Positions 17,993 to 26,118 of a DNA stretch of 64,000 nucleotides are shown one piece after another. Source of the stretch: an uncultured Candidatus Kuenenia sp. GTDB lineage: Bacteria > Planctomycetota > Planctomycetia > Pirellulales > UBA1268. The stretch is from NCBI GenBank assembly GCA_964581055.1, contig CAZOMJ010000076.1, positions 3,059 to 67,058 on the forward strand, read 5' to 3'. The position numbers and the translations under genes are program-made. Every line of letters starts with the position of its first letter. Positions within the stretch are counted from its first letter, which is position 1. A model generated the notes under the pieces. The model was not told the origin of the DNA. It was given only the letters and a program-made list of their open reading frames with translations, and made no database searches.

Positions 17993-18038
17993 GATTTCTA
18001 ATCCCGGGGTCGCTGGTTCGAGTCCAGCCGGGCGTACT
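17993..18038 (+). repeat. att-like copy 2 of tRNA-Arg 3' half (45/46 identical)
   Basis: gatttctaatcccggggtcgctggttcgagtccagccgggcgtact versus 15933-15978. Confidence 0.92.
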
Positions 18039-18243
18039 TGATTTCTAAGGGTTCACTGCCACCCCTGCCGGGGTGGTGTTACCAAGACCGTTACGTGTTT
18101 CGCCGGTGAACGCCTTCGCGTAGGCGTCGTCGGATCCTGGCGCTCGCTGCCAGCAGGTTTCCGCCGTCCCCGCCATGGTCACGACCAGTCCGCACGCCGC
18201 ACCCCATACCATCGAGACTTCCAAGAGAGAGATCCTTGTGAAG

Positions 18244-19104
18244 TTAGTCTGGACAACTTTTTTCAGACGTGGAGCGACGTGCGGACAGCGCCCGCCAGTG
18301 CTCCCGGTAGTCGCGGGGCGACGAACCAGTCTTCTTCTTGAACAGCTTCGAGAAGTGGTACGGGTTTTGGAATCCGATCGCGATCGCGATCTGCTTCACT
18401 GACAGTTCCGAGTTGCGGAGCATCTCACCGGCGCGACGCAGCGTGAGTTGAAGATGATACTTGTAGGGGCTTTGGCCTGTTTGCTGCTTGAAGGCACGAA
18501 AGAAGTTCGTGCGGCTGACATCGAACCCCCGGATAAGCTCCTCGACGACCGGCAAGCCGGCCGGATCCTCTTCGAGCAGGAGCCTCGCCCGTCGCACGAT
18601 CTCCTGCAGTCGGGGAACAGGTCGTTCCCTCGCCGCGCTGCCCTTGAGACGCGCGAGAATCTCGAAACTCTTGGCGGCCGCGACGAGCGAGCGTTCCGCT
18701 GAATCTCCCCGGAGGCTGTCGAGAAGCCCGCGGAAAGCCTCGAGGATGCAATCGTCGAGGCCGCACCGCACGACCGCGCGGTTCGGACTGAAGATGCCTT
18801 CTGCCTGGAGGCGACCCGCCATGTCCCCTTGGAAGTGCACCCAGTAGTTGCCCCAGCCGGTTTCACTCGACGGGCGATAACGATGCCAGACGCCTGGAAA
18901 CAGGATCACGGCGTCTCCCGGCCCGAGCGGCGTGAGGCCGGTGCCCTGCGAGTCGAACTCGCCTTGCCCGCGCGTGACGTAAACCACGGCATACTCGGTG
19001 AGCACCCGCCCTTTTTCCCAAACGTAGGAATGCCCGGGCGGGTGCGGACGCTTCGGGATGGGATCCGCCCCGGGCTCGACCGGTTGGTAGCCCGCCCCGG
19101 TCAC
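18244..19104 (-). CDS. AraC-family transcriptional regulator (true start probably further upstream)
   Basis: Cupin sensor domain (GRVLTEYAVVYVTRGQG, PGVWHRYRP) and C-terminal double HTH (GFQNPYHFSKLFKKKTGSSP). Confidence 0.9.
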   Translation of the reverse strand: MTGAGYQPVEPGADPIPKRPHPPGHSYVWEKGRVLTEYAVVYVTRGQGEFDSQGTGLTPLGPGDAVILFPGVWHRYRPSSETGWGNYWVHFQGDMAGRLQAEGIFSPNRAVVRCGLDDCILEAFRGLLDSLRGDSAERSLVAAAKSFEILARLKGSAARERPVPRLQEIVRRARLLLEEDPAGLPVVEELIRGFDVSRTNFFRAFKQQTGQSPYKYHLQLTLRRAGEMLRNSELSVKQIAIAIGFQNPYHFSKLFKKKTGSSPRDYREHWRALSARRSTSEKSCPD

Positions 19105-19655
19105 GGAAAGCCCCCATGACTGGTCGCGGGGATCGACGACCAGGTACCGGAAACACTCTTTGGAACTTTTGGCTATGGGAGGTGAGGCTACCCCAGCCAG
19201 ACAGGAACCACAATTCTGGAATATGTTGCTTATTTACTGCGATGATCACTAACTGTCGCCATGGATTCTTGTCGAACGCGACGCGTACAAATAGACATGC
19301 CTTGGTACCTTTGGATATTCCCGCCACAGCCGTGGTCGAACAAGATGCAAGCCTGCATGATGCGGCCACGCGGTTCCCTGCCGTATGGATGCCCGACTCA
19401 TGACACGGTCCGCAGAGAACCCCGACATGCTTCTGCAACGCCGCAGCGTTCTCGCCGGGGCAACCCTTGCAGCCGTCGGCTGGGTGTCGGCCGAGGTCGG
19501 TGGCGGTGATGTGAACCGTCTGAAGCACGTGCTCGATCAGATGAAGCGGGCCCTGCTCGGATGGGGCCGTCGATCTGGGGATGAGAAACTCCTGTTAGAA
19601 ACTACAATTGAGTCAACAGAAAATGCTGTCCGGAAACTCAAGGAGACTGCTTGCC

Positions 19656-21029
19656 ATGACCGTGCCCGCCTTCGATCACCCGAGTTCCGGTTCCTCCGAC
19701 CACGTCGTCGGCCCGTCGCAATCCAGCAGCCCGCACTCGCTGGCGTTCCGACGGGATCTCTCCCGTCGGAATATGCTGGGGGCGGGCATGGCGACGTCCG
19801 TCGCCGCGGGGCTGATGGTCCATTCGTCCGTGGAAGCCGCGGAAGAGACTCGTGAGTTGCGACTGGGGCTCGTCGGCTGCGGTGGCCGGGGGACCGGCGC
19901 GGCCGCCGACTCGCTGGCGATCAATCAGAACGTGAAGCTCGTCGCAGCTGCGGATCTCTACCCTCGCAACGCGGCATCGGTGCGACAGAAACTCGAATCC
20001 CACAAAGACAAAGTTGCGATCGACGACTCGAAGATTTACGGCGGACTCGACGGCTACAAGCGGGTGATCGAGGATCCGAACGTCGATATCGTCCTCCTCG
20101 CAACGTCGCCGGGATTCCGCCCTCGCTATCTGCTCGAGGCGGTCGAGGCGGGCAAGCACGTGTTCGCAGAGAAGCCTGTCCTCGTCGATCCTGCCGGTTA
20201 CCGGATCTGCCTCGAGGCGCATGAAATGGCCATCGCCAAGGGCACGGCGATCGTCACGGGAACGCAGTATCGCCGACAGCCGAGTTTTATCGAGGCGGTC
20301 GACCGGATCCGTAAAGGTGAGATCGGCGACGTCGTCAGTGCGATCACGCGCTATTGCACCGGTGGAATCTGGTACCGCGGCCGCCAACCGGGCATGAGCG
20401 ATGCCGAGTACCAGATGAACAACTGGATGCACTTCATCTGGGCCGGAGGCGACCAAATCTGCGAGCAGGCGATCCACAACCTCGACGCCATCAACTGGGT
20501 GATGAATGCCAACCCGGTCTCGGCCTACGGTTCCGGCGGCCGGTTCACTCGGCCTGCGGACAGCGAGATGTGGGATGCCATGAGCATCGACTACACCTAT
20601 CCGGGGGACCGGGTGGTGTCGTTCATGTGCCGCCAGATCCCGGGCACGGCCGGTGACAACGTCAACGTCGTCTACGGGTCGCGGGGCACCTGCCACATCG
20701 GCGCGATGAACGCAGGCTCGAAGATTTTCGACCGTGCGGGGAAGCTCGTCTGGGAAACGAAGGGCGACATCGCTGCCGCCTATCGGCAGGAACACAAGGA
20801 TCTCGTCGATTCGATCCGATCGGGGAAGCCGATCGTCGAGCTGAAACAGACGGCCGACAGCTCGCTCGTCGGGGTCATGGGCCGCCTCGCGGCCTACACC
20901 GGACAGCAGGTCTCGTGGGACTTCCTCACGAAGGAGTCGAAGCTCGACCTCTTCCCTCCGAACCTCGCCTGGGACGCCTCGCTGCCGACGCCCGGCCATG
21001 CGGTGCCCGGCCGCACGAAGCTCGTCTGA
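19656..21029 (+). CDS. Gfo/Idh/MocA-family oxidoreductase with Tat leader
   Basis: 'LSRRNML' twin-arginine motif, Rossmann 'GLVGCGGRG' and 'EKP'. AAGGAGA RBS before ATG 19656. Confidence 0.92.
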   Translation: MTVPAFDHPSSGSSDHVVGPSQSSSPHSLAFRRDLSRRNMLGAGMATSVAAGLMVHSSVEAAEETRELRLGLVGCGGRGTGAAADSLAINQNVKLVAAADLYPRNAASVRQKLESHKDKVAIDDSKIYGGLDGYKRVIEDPNVDIVLLATSPGFRPRYLLEAVEAGKHVFAEKPVLVDPAGYRICLEAHEMAIAKGTAIVTGTQYRRQPSFIEAVDRIRKGEIGDVVSAITRYCTGGIWYRGRQPGMSDAEYQMNNWMHFIWAGGDQICEQAIHNLDAINWVMNANPVSAYGSGGRFTRPADSEMWDAMSIDYTYPGDRVVSFMCRQIPGTAGDNVNVVYGSRGTCHIGAMNAGSKIFDRAGKLVWETKGDIAAAYRQEHKDLVDSIRSGKPIVELKQTADSSLVGVMGRLAAYTGQQVSWDFLTKESKLDLFPPNLAWDASLPTPGHAVPGRTKLV

Positions 21030-21117
21030 ACTTTCATCTGAACGCCCGAAGACGTTCGATCGGGATTTCATGAGGAAATCCTCTTCCAAGTCCCGGGCGC
21101 TGCAGATCACACCCTGA

Positions 21118-22035
21118 CTACCCCAGGAGCGGGTGCAGTCGATCCAGGATCTTGGGCACTTCCACGAAGGGGTCGGCTTCGACCTCATACTCGAGGGTGA
21201 ACCAGCCCTGGTAGTTCGCCCGGCGCAGCAGGTCGAGGATGCGCGGGATGTCCACCTCGCTGGTCTCGCCCTTGTCGGTTTTCATCTCCATCTTGAGCTG
21301 CACGTTGATCGCGTAAGGGGCGATCTTTTCCAGATCCGCATACGGGTCTTCGGTGTGGAAGTTGCCGCTGTCGAAGTTGATGCCCGCCCACGGGCTGTCG
21401 GCGGCCCGGACCATCTTCACGAGGTTCTCAGGCTCCGCGACGATGCCGCCGTGGTTCTCCATGCCCAGGAAAATGCCCCTCTTCGCCGCGTAGTCCAGGC
21501 ACTCCTGGTAGGCGACGATGCAGTTGGCCTCCGCTTCTTCGATGCTGATGTCGTTCGGTACCGGGCCGGCGAAGACGCGGATGTGCGGGGCATTCATGAC
21601 CGCAGCGTGGTCGATCCATTGCTTCACCCTCGCGATCTCGGCGTCCAGCCTCTCGCCCTTGGCCAAGGCAAAGTTGTTGCCGATGGCGGTGCCGGCCAGT
21701 TGCACGCCACGGAGGTAGGCGTGGCGTTTGACATCCAGCAGGAAGGCGTCGTCCACGTCCGGCGGGAAGAAGTAGCTGGTGACCTCCGCGCCGGGCACGT
21801 TGTGGTCGGCGCACCAGTCGATGAAGTCGAGGATGGACCAGGGCCTCTGGCCGCCCTTCGGCTTCTGCTCCTTGCCGCGACTCCACTGGAAGGCCTCGCG
21901 GAAACTGTACGCGGCGACGCCGAGCTGCATCCGGCCTTTTCCAGCACGCTGGATCGGCTCGATCGCGGGCAGTGTGCTGGCGGCGAGAACGCCAAGGCCG
22001 GTGGAGAGGAAGTGGCGGCGGTGCATGATGGTCAT
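21118..22035 (-). CDS. Sugar phosphate isomerase/epimerase (xylose isomerase-like TIM barrel) with Tat leader
   Basis: 'MHRRHFL', 'GMENHGG', 'INFDSGNF' and 'YQGWFTLEYE'. Confidence 0.9.
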   Translation of the reverse strand: MTIMHRRHFLSTGLGVLAASTLPAIEPIQRAGKGRMQLGVAAYSFREAFQWSRGKEQKPKGGQRPWSILDFIDWCADHNVPGAEVTSYFFPPDVDDAFLLDVKRHAYLRGVQLAGTAIGNNFALAKGERLDAEIARVKQWIDHAAVMNAPHIRVFAGPVPNDISIEEAEANCIVAYQECLDYAAKRGIFLGMENHGGIVAEPENLVKMVRAADSPWAGINFDSGNFHTEDPYADLEKIAPYAINVQLKMEMKTDKGETSEVDIPRILDLLRRANYQGWFTLEYEVEADPFVEVPKILDRLHPLLG

Positions 22036-22175
22036 GGCAAGAATCAGGCATAACAGGATGACGCGGCGGGGGCAAGAATCGTAGCCGCACTTCGTTCAAA
22101 CGCCCCCCTCCGGCCGCGTTGGCCTGCCGGTGGATCGCCCCTCGTCCTCGCGTCTGATTCCTCCGCAGCGTCACG

Positions 22176-22223
22176 CACCCCCAGATTCTCTCTTGGAGTG
22201 GTGCCGTTGAAGGGAGGCAGGTT
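22176..22223 (-). mobile_element. Isolated second copy of the IS3-like left end
   Basis: cacccccagattctctcttggagtggtgccgttgaagggaggcaggtt aligns with cacctccagattctctctctggaagcggtgccgtttaaggggggcaggtc at 13589-13638. Confidence 0.75.
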
Positions 22224-22250
22224 GCTGGTTCGCGTCCAGCCGGACGTATT
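22221..22250 (+). repeat. Degenerate att-like copy 3 of tRNA-Arg 3' end (26/30)
   Basis: gttgctggttcgcgtccagccggacgtatt versus gtcgctggttcgagtccagccgggcgtact (15949-15978). Confidence 0.75.
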
Positions 22251-22302
22251 CGATCCTCAAGGCCACTCCCACCGAGCTGGCGGGGAGCTATAACGGTGAA
22301 CT

Positions 22303-22746
22303 ATGAGCAACGCACGAACAACAGCCGCACTGCCCCGAATCTCCTGGTGGCTGGTCGCAGCCGGGATCTACAACCTGCTCTGGGGAGCACTGACTGTCCT
22401 CTACCCCGGCTGGCTCTTCGACCTCACCGGCATGGAACGGCCAAACTATCCGTTCATCTGGCAGTGCGTCGGCATGATCGTCGGCGTCTACGGTATCGGC
22501 TACCTGGCCGCGTCACGTGATGCGATCACGCACTGGCCCATCGTGCTCGTGGGCTTCCTCGGCAAGATCTTCGGACCGCTGGGATATGCCATGGGCGTCG
22601 CCAAAGGGGAGGTGCCACCGGCCTTCGGCTGGACCCTGCCGACCAACGACCTGATCTGGTGGGTGCCGTTCGCGTTCCTGCTCTATAAGGCGTGGCAGGC
22701 ACATCATCCGTCGGCGGCCGGCGACACGTCGCCCCTTCGCGGCTGA
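22303..22746 (+). CDS. Conserved small membrane protein (~4 TM)
   Basis: Hydrophobic segments; 'NYPFIWQCVGMIVGVYGIGY..HWPIVLVGFLGKIFGPLG..NDLIWW.PF'. Function not assigned. Confidence 0.75.
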   Translation: MSNARTTAALPRISWWLVAAGIYNLLWGALTVLYPGWLFDLTGMERPNYPFIWQCVGMIVGVYGIGYLAASRDAITHWPIVLVGFLGKIFGPLGYAMGVAKGEVPPAFGWTLPTNDLIWWVPFAFLLYKAWQAHHPSAAGDTSPLRG

Positions 22747-22762
22747 GGGAGGCGGTATCCGC

Positions 22763-23206
22763 GTGACGTTGACCGATGTCATCCTCGGCGCCCAGGTACT
22801 TTCCTCTGCCGCCATGTGCGGTCTGATCTGGTTCGTGCAGGTGGTGCACTATCCGCTGTTCGCCCGCACAGACACCGCCCACTCGCCCGACTACGCCGAC
22901 GAGAACCAACGCCGAACCGCGCCTGTCGTGCTTCCGCCCATGCTGATCGAGGCGGCCACCGCCACGCTCATCGCGTTGAGTCCGCCACCGGCGATCGGAC
23001 GGCCGGTGGCACTGGCCGGCCTCGCCATGGTGGCGGCACTCTGGGTTTCCACGTTGCTCGTACAGATGCCGCTGCACGCCCGACTCAAGCACGACGGCCA
23101 CACGCAGAGCACCGTCGCGGCCCTCGTGCAGACCAACTGGGTTCGCACGGTCCTCTGGTCGGCGCGGGCCCTGCTCGCCATCTGGATGCTGCACGTGGCC
23201 GGCTGA
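22763..23206 (+). CDS. Conserved membrane protein (DUF1772-like)
   Basis: GTG start 17 nt after the previous stop. 'GLIWFVQVVHYPLF...QMPLH..L...TNWVRT' with 4 hydrophobic helices. Confidence 0.7.
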   Translation: MTLTDVILGAQVLSSAAMCGLIWFVQVVHYPLFARTDTAHSPDYADENQRRTAPVVLPPMLIEAATATLIALSPPPAIGRPVALAGLAMVAALWVSTLLVQMPLHARLKHDGHTQSTVAALVQTNWVRTVLWSARALLAIWMLHVAG

Positions 23207-23241
23207 AGACCACCGCGATCACCCGGGCTGATTGACTCGTT

Positions 23242-24630
23242 TCAAGCGTGGATCGCGCTGCCGCCCACGGCCAGCGCCGCTTCCTTGAGCGCCTCGGGCA
23301 GCGTGGGATGGGCATGGCAGACCCGGCCGATGTCCTCTGCCGTCGCGCCGAAGTTCATCGCCGCGGCCGCTTCGCCGATCAGGTCGCCCGCGGCCGGACC
23401 GATAATATGCACGCCCAGCACGCGGTCGGTCGACGTATCGGCAAGCACCTTCACCTTGCCCGTCGTGTCGTTGATGGTGCGGGCCCGTCCGTTGGCACGG
23501 AACGGAAACACGCCCTTCTTGAAGGCGGTGCCCTCGGCCACCAGTTGCTCCTCTGTCTTGCCCACGGCGGCGATCTCTGGATGCGTGAAGACGACGGCCG
23601 GCACGAGGTCGTAGTCGACGTGCGACCAGCCGCTCTTCATGGCTTCGACGCAGGCCACGCCGTCCTCCTCGGCTTTGTGAGCGAGCATCGGGCCGGGAAT
23701 ACAGTCGCCGATCGCGTAGACGCCGTTCGCCGACGTACGGAAGTGCTCGTCGACGGCAATCCAGCCGCGTTTGTCGGTGGCGATCCCCACCGTCTCCAGG
23801 CCGAGGTCGGCCGTTGCCGGAAAACGGCCCGTCGCTGCCAGCACGCGGTCGCATTCGATCGGCGGCTGCCCTTCGCACTCCACCACACACCGCCCGTTGA
23901 CAGCGCGGGCAGACTTCACCTTCATGCCCAAGCGGATATCGAGCCCCTGCTTGCGGAACAGCACGAGCGCCTCCGACGCGATCTCCGCGTCGATGCCCAT
24001 CAGGATCCGATCGGCATATTCGAGCACGGTCACCTTCGAGCCGAGCCGCCGCCAGACACTTCCCAATTCCAGGCCGATGTAACCTCCGCCGATCACCACC
24101 AGATGCGCCGGCACCGCGTCGAACGCCAACGCCTCCGTGCTGGTGCCCACCAGCCGGCCGTCCACCTCGACGCCGGGAAGAACGACGCTCTTGCTCCCCA
24201 CGGCCAAGATGATCTTTCCGGCCTCAAGGACCGTCTTCGTGCCATCGGCTGCTGTGACCTCCACCTTGCCCGATCCGGCCAACCGGCCGGTGCCGCGGTA
24301 ACGGGTGATCTTGTTCTTGGCCAGCAGCGCCTCGATCCCCTTGGAGAGCGTCGTGACGACGTCGTCCTTTCGCTTCATGAGCGCCGGCAGGTCGAGCGAG
24401 ACGCCCGCCACCTTCACGCCGTGCACCGCCAGTTCGTGACCGGCCTCCTCGTACTTATGGCTCGATTCGAGGAGCGCCTTCGAGGGAATGCAGCCGACCC
24501 GCAGGCAGGTGCCGCCGAGCTTCTCCTCCTTCTCGATGACGGCGGCCGTCATCCCCAGCTGCGCGGCCCTGATCGCCGCGACATAGCCACCCGGACCGCC
24601 ACCAATCACCACCAGATCATGCTGTGCCAT
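23242..24630 (-). CDS. lpdA: Dihydrolipoyl dehydrogenase (E3), copy next to sucB
   Basis: 'VIGGGPGGYVAAIRAAQLG', redox-active 'GGTCLRVGCIPSK' and 'HAHPTLPE'. Start at MAQHDL. Confidence 0.96.
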   Translation of the reverse strand: MAQHDLVVIGGGPGGYVAAIRAAQLGMTAAVIEKEEKLGGTCLRVGCIPSKALLESSHKYEEAGHELAVHGVKVAGVSLDLPALMKRKDDVVTTLSKGIEALLAKNKITRYRGTGRLAGSGKVEVTAADGTKTVLEAGKIILAVGSKSVVLPGVEVDGRLVGTSTEALAFDAVPAHLVVIGGGYIGLELGSVWRRLGSKVTVLEYADRILMGIDAEIASEALVLFRKQGLDIRLGMKVKSARAVNGRCVVECEGQPPIECDRVLAATGRFPATADLGLETVGIATDKRGWIAVDEHFRTSANGVYAIGDCIPGPMLAHKAEEDGVACVEAMKSGWSHVDYDLVPAVVFTHPEIAAVGKTEEQLVAEGTAFKKGVFPFRANGRARTINDTTGKVKVLADTSTDRVLGVHIIGPAAGDLIGEAAAAMNFGATAEDIGRVCHAHPTLPEALKEAALAVGGSAIHA

Positions 24631-24664
24631 GTTCCACTTTCTGTGTTCACGCCGAGCCTTCCCC

Positions 24665-24734
24665 CGTGGCGGCAAGTTTTTAACTTGTCCGTGGCCACGG
24701 CATCGATTCCACAAGTTGAAAACTCGTGGACACG
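24665..24734. repeat. REP-like imperfect palindrome between sucB and lpdA
   Basis: agtttttaacttgt ... acaagttgaaaact (13/14 complementary), flanked by cgtg/cacg, with an inner ccgtggccacgg palindrome. Confidence 0.7.
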
Positions 24735-24807
24735 GGTCGAACTCCTTCGGTCTCGTCCTTCATGCCGAGACAGCCTCAACTCCGCCCCTCTCCGCTTTCC
24801 GCTTTGA

Positions 24808-26046
24808 TCAGACTTCGAGCATCAGCCGGCTCGGATCCTCGATCGTGTCCTTGATTCGCTTGAGGAAGGTGACGGCCTCGCGGCCATCGACCAGCCGGTG
24901 ATCGTAGGTGAGCGCGAGATACATCATCGGCCGGATCACCACCTGGCCGTTCACCGCCATGGGCCGATCCTGGATCGCATGCAGCCCGAGGATGCCGCTC
25001 TGCGGCGGATTGATGATCGGCGTGCTCATCATCGAGCCGTAGACGCCGCCGTTGGAGATCGTGAACGTGCCACCCTGCAGCTCGTCCAGCTTGAGCTTGT
25101 TGTCGGCGGCACGGCGGGCGAAGTCATTGATCGCCAGTTCGATCCCGGCAAACGACATGGTCTCGGCATTGCGGAGCACCGGCACGACGAGCCCCTTGCC
25201 GCCGCCCACCGCGATCCCGATGTCGCAGTAGTCGCGATAGACGATGTGCGGCTCCCGGTACTCGGCATTCACCTGCGGCACGGCACGGAGGGCCTCCACC
25301 GCGGCACGCACGAAAAACGACATGAAGCCCAGCTTCACGCCATGCCGCTCCTGGAACACGTCCTTGAACTTTGAACGCAACGCCATCACTGCCGACATGT
25401 CGACTTCGTTGAACGTGGTCAAGAGCGCCGCCTGCTGCTGGGCCTCGACCAGCCGTTCGGCGATCCGCTGACGGATCGGACTGATGAGCACGTAGCGTTC
25501 CTCGCGGTTGCCCCCCGCGGCCAGGCTACCTCCGGTCTTGGCCGGCACGACCGCGGCCGGACGGGCAACGGACGTCGGTGCAGCCGGCTTCGCCGTGGCG
25601 GCCGCGGCATCAGACTTGGTCACGCGGCCGCCGGGCCCGGTTCCCGTCGCCGCCGTCGCTGGCAGACCGGCCTCGCCGAGCACACGGGCCGCCGCCGGCA
25701 TCACCCGAGGCGGCTGCACCGAACCGATGTCGGTCCGCCCATCGGTCCGCTTCACGTCCACGACCGGCTGCGAGGGCGTCGCTTGCGCGGGAGTGCCGGC
25801 ACCGGCCCCGGCCGGCTCGAGATAGCCGATCACCTCGCCCACTTTCGCCTTCTCACCACTGCCCTTGAGCACCTTCGTCAACGTTCCCCCCCGTGGGGCC
25901 GGCAGATCCACCGTCGCCTTGTCGCTCTCGATCTCCACGATCGACTCGTCGATCGAGACGGTATCCCCCTCCCGCTTCTTCCAGATGCCGATCATGACCT
26001 CGGTGATCGATTCACCGACTTCGGGGACTTTGAGTTCGAGTGGCAT
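24808..26046 (-). CDS. sucB: 2-oxoglutarate dehydrogenase E2 (dihydrolipoyllysine succinyltransferase)
   Basis: Lipoyl motif ESDKA, '[11 protein letters not shown]', 'KLGFMSFF' and catalytic DHRLVDG. Confidence 0.96.
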   Translation of the reverse strand: MPLELKVPEVGESITEVMIGIWKKREGDTVSIDESIVEIESDKATVDLPAPRGGTLTKVLKGSGEKAKVGEVIGYLEPAGAGAGTPAQATPSQPVVDVKRTDGRTDIGSVQPPRVMPAAARVLGEAGLPATAATGTGPGGRVTKSDAAAATAKPAAPTSVARPAAVVPAKTGGSLAAGGNREERYVLISPIRQRIAERLVEAQQQAALLTTFNEVDMSAVMALRSKFKDVFQERHGVKLGFMSFFVRAAVEALRAVPQVNAEYREPHIVYRDYCDIGIAVGGGKGLVVPVLRNAETMSFAGIELAINDFARRAADNKLKLDELQGGTFTISNGGVYGSMMSTPIINPPQSGILGLHAIQDRPMAVNGQVVIRPMMYLALTYDHRLVDGREAVTFLKRIKDTIEDPSRLMLEV

Positions 26047-26118
26047 GGGGGACCGTTGCGTTGCAGGGGGTGGAAAGGAGTTGGTGAATGCGGTGTCTGG
26101 CAGCGGCTGACGCCGCGA

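Noticed and set aside
17981-18038. Second intact tRNA-Arg
   Set aside because: The D arm and a proper 5' acceptor strand are missing; only the 3' 46 nt match. The upstream cccgcctcag resembles the tRNA 5' end only weakly. Treated as an att duplication.
18060-18180. Possible integrase C-terminal remnant after att copy 2 (..DDAYAKAFTG..)
   Set aside because: Only a vague resemblance, and no catalytic residues are visible.
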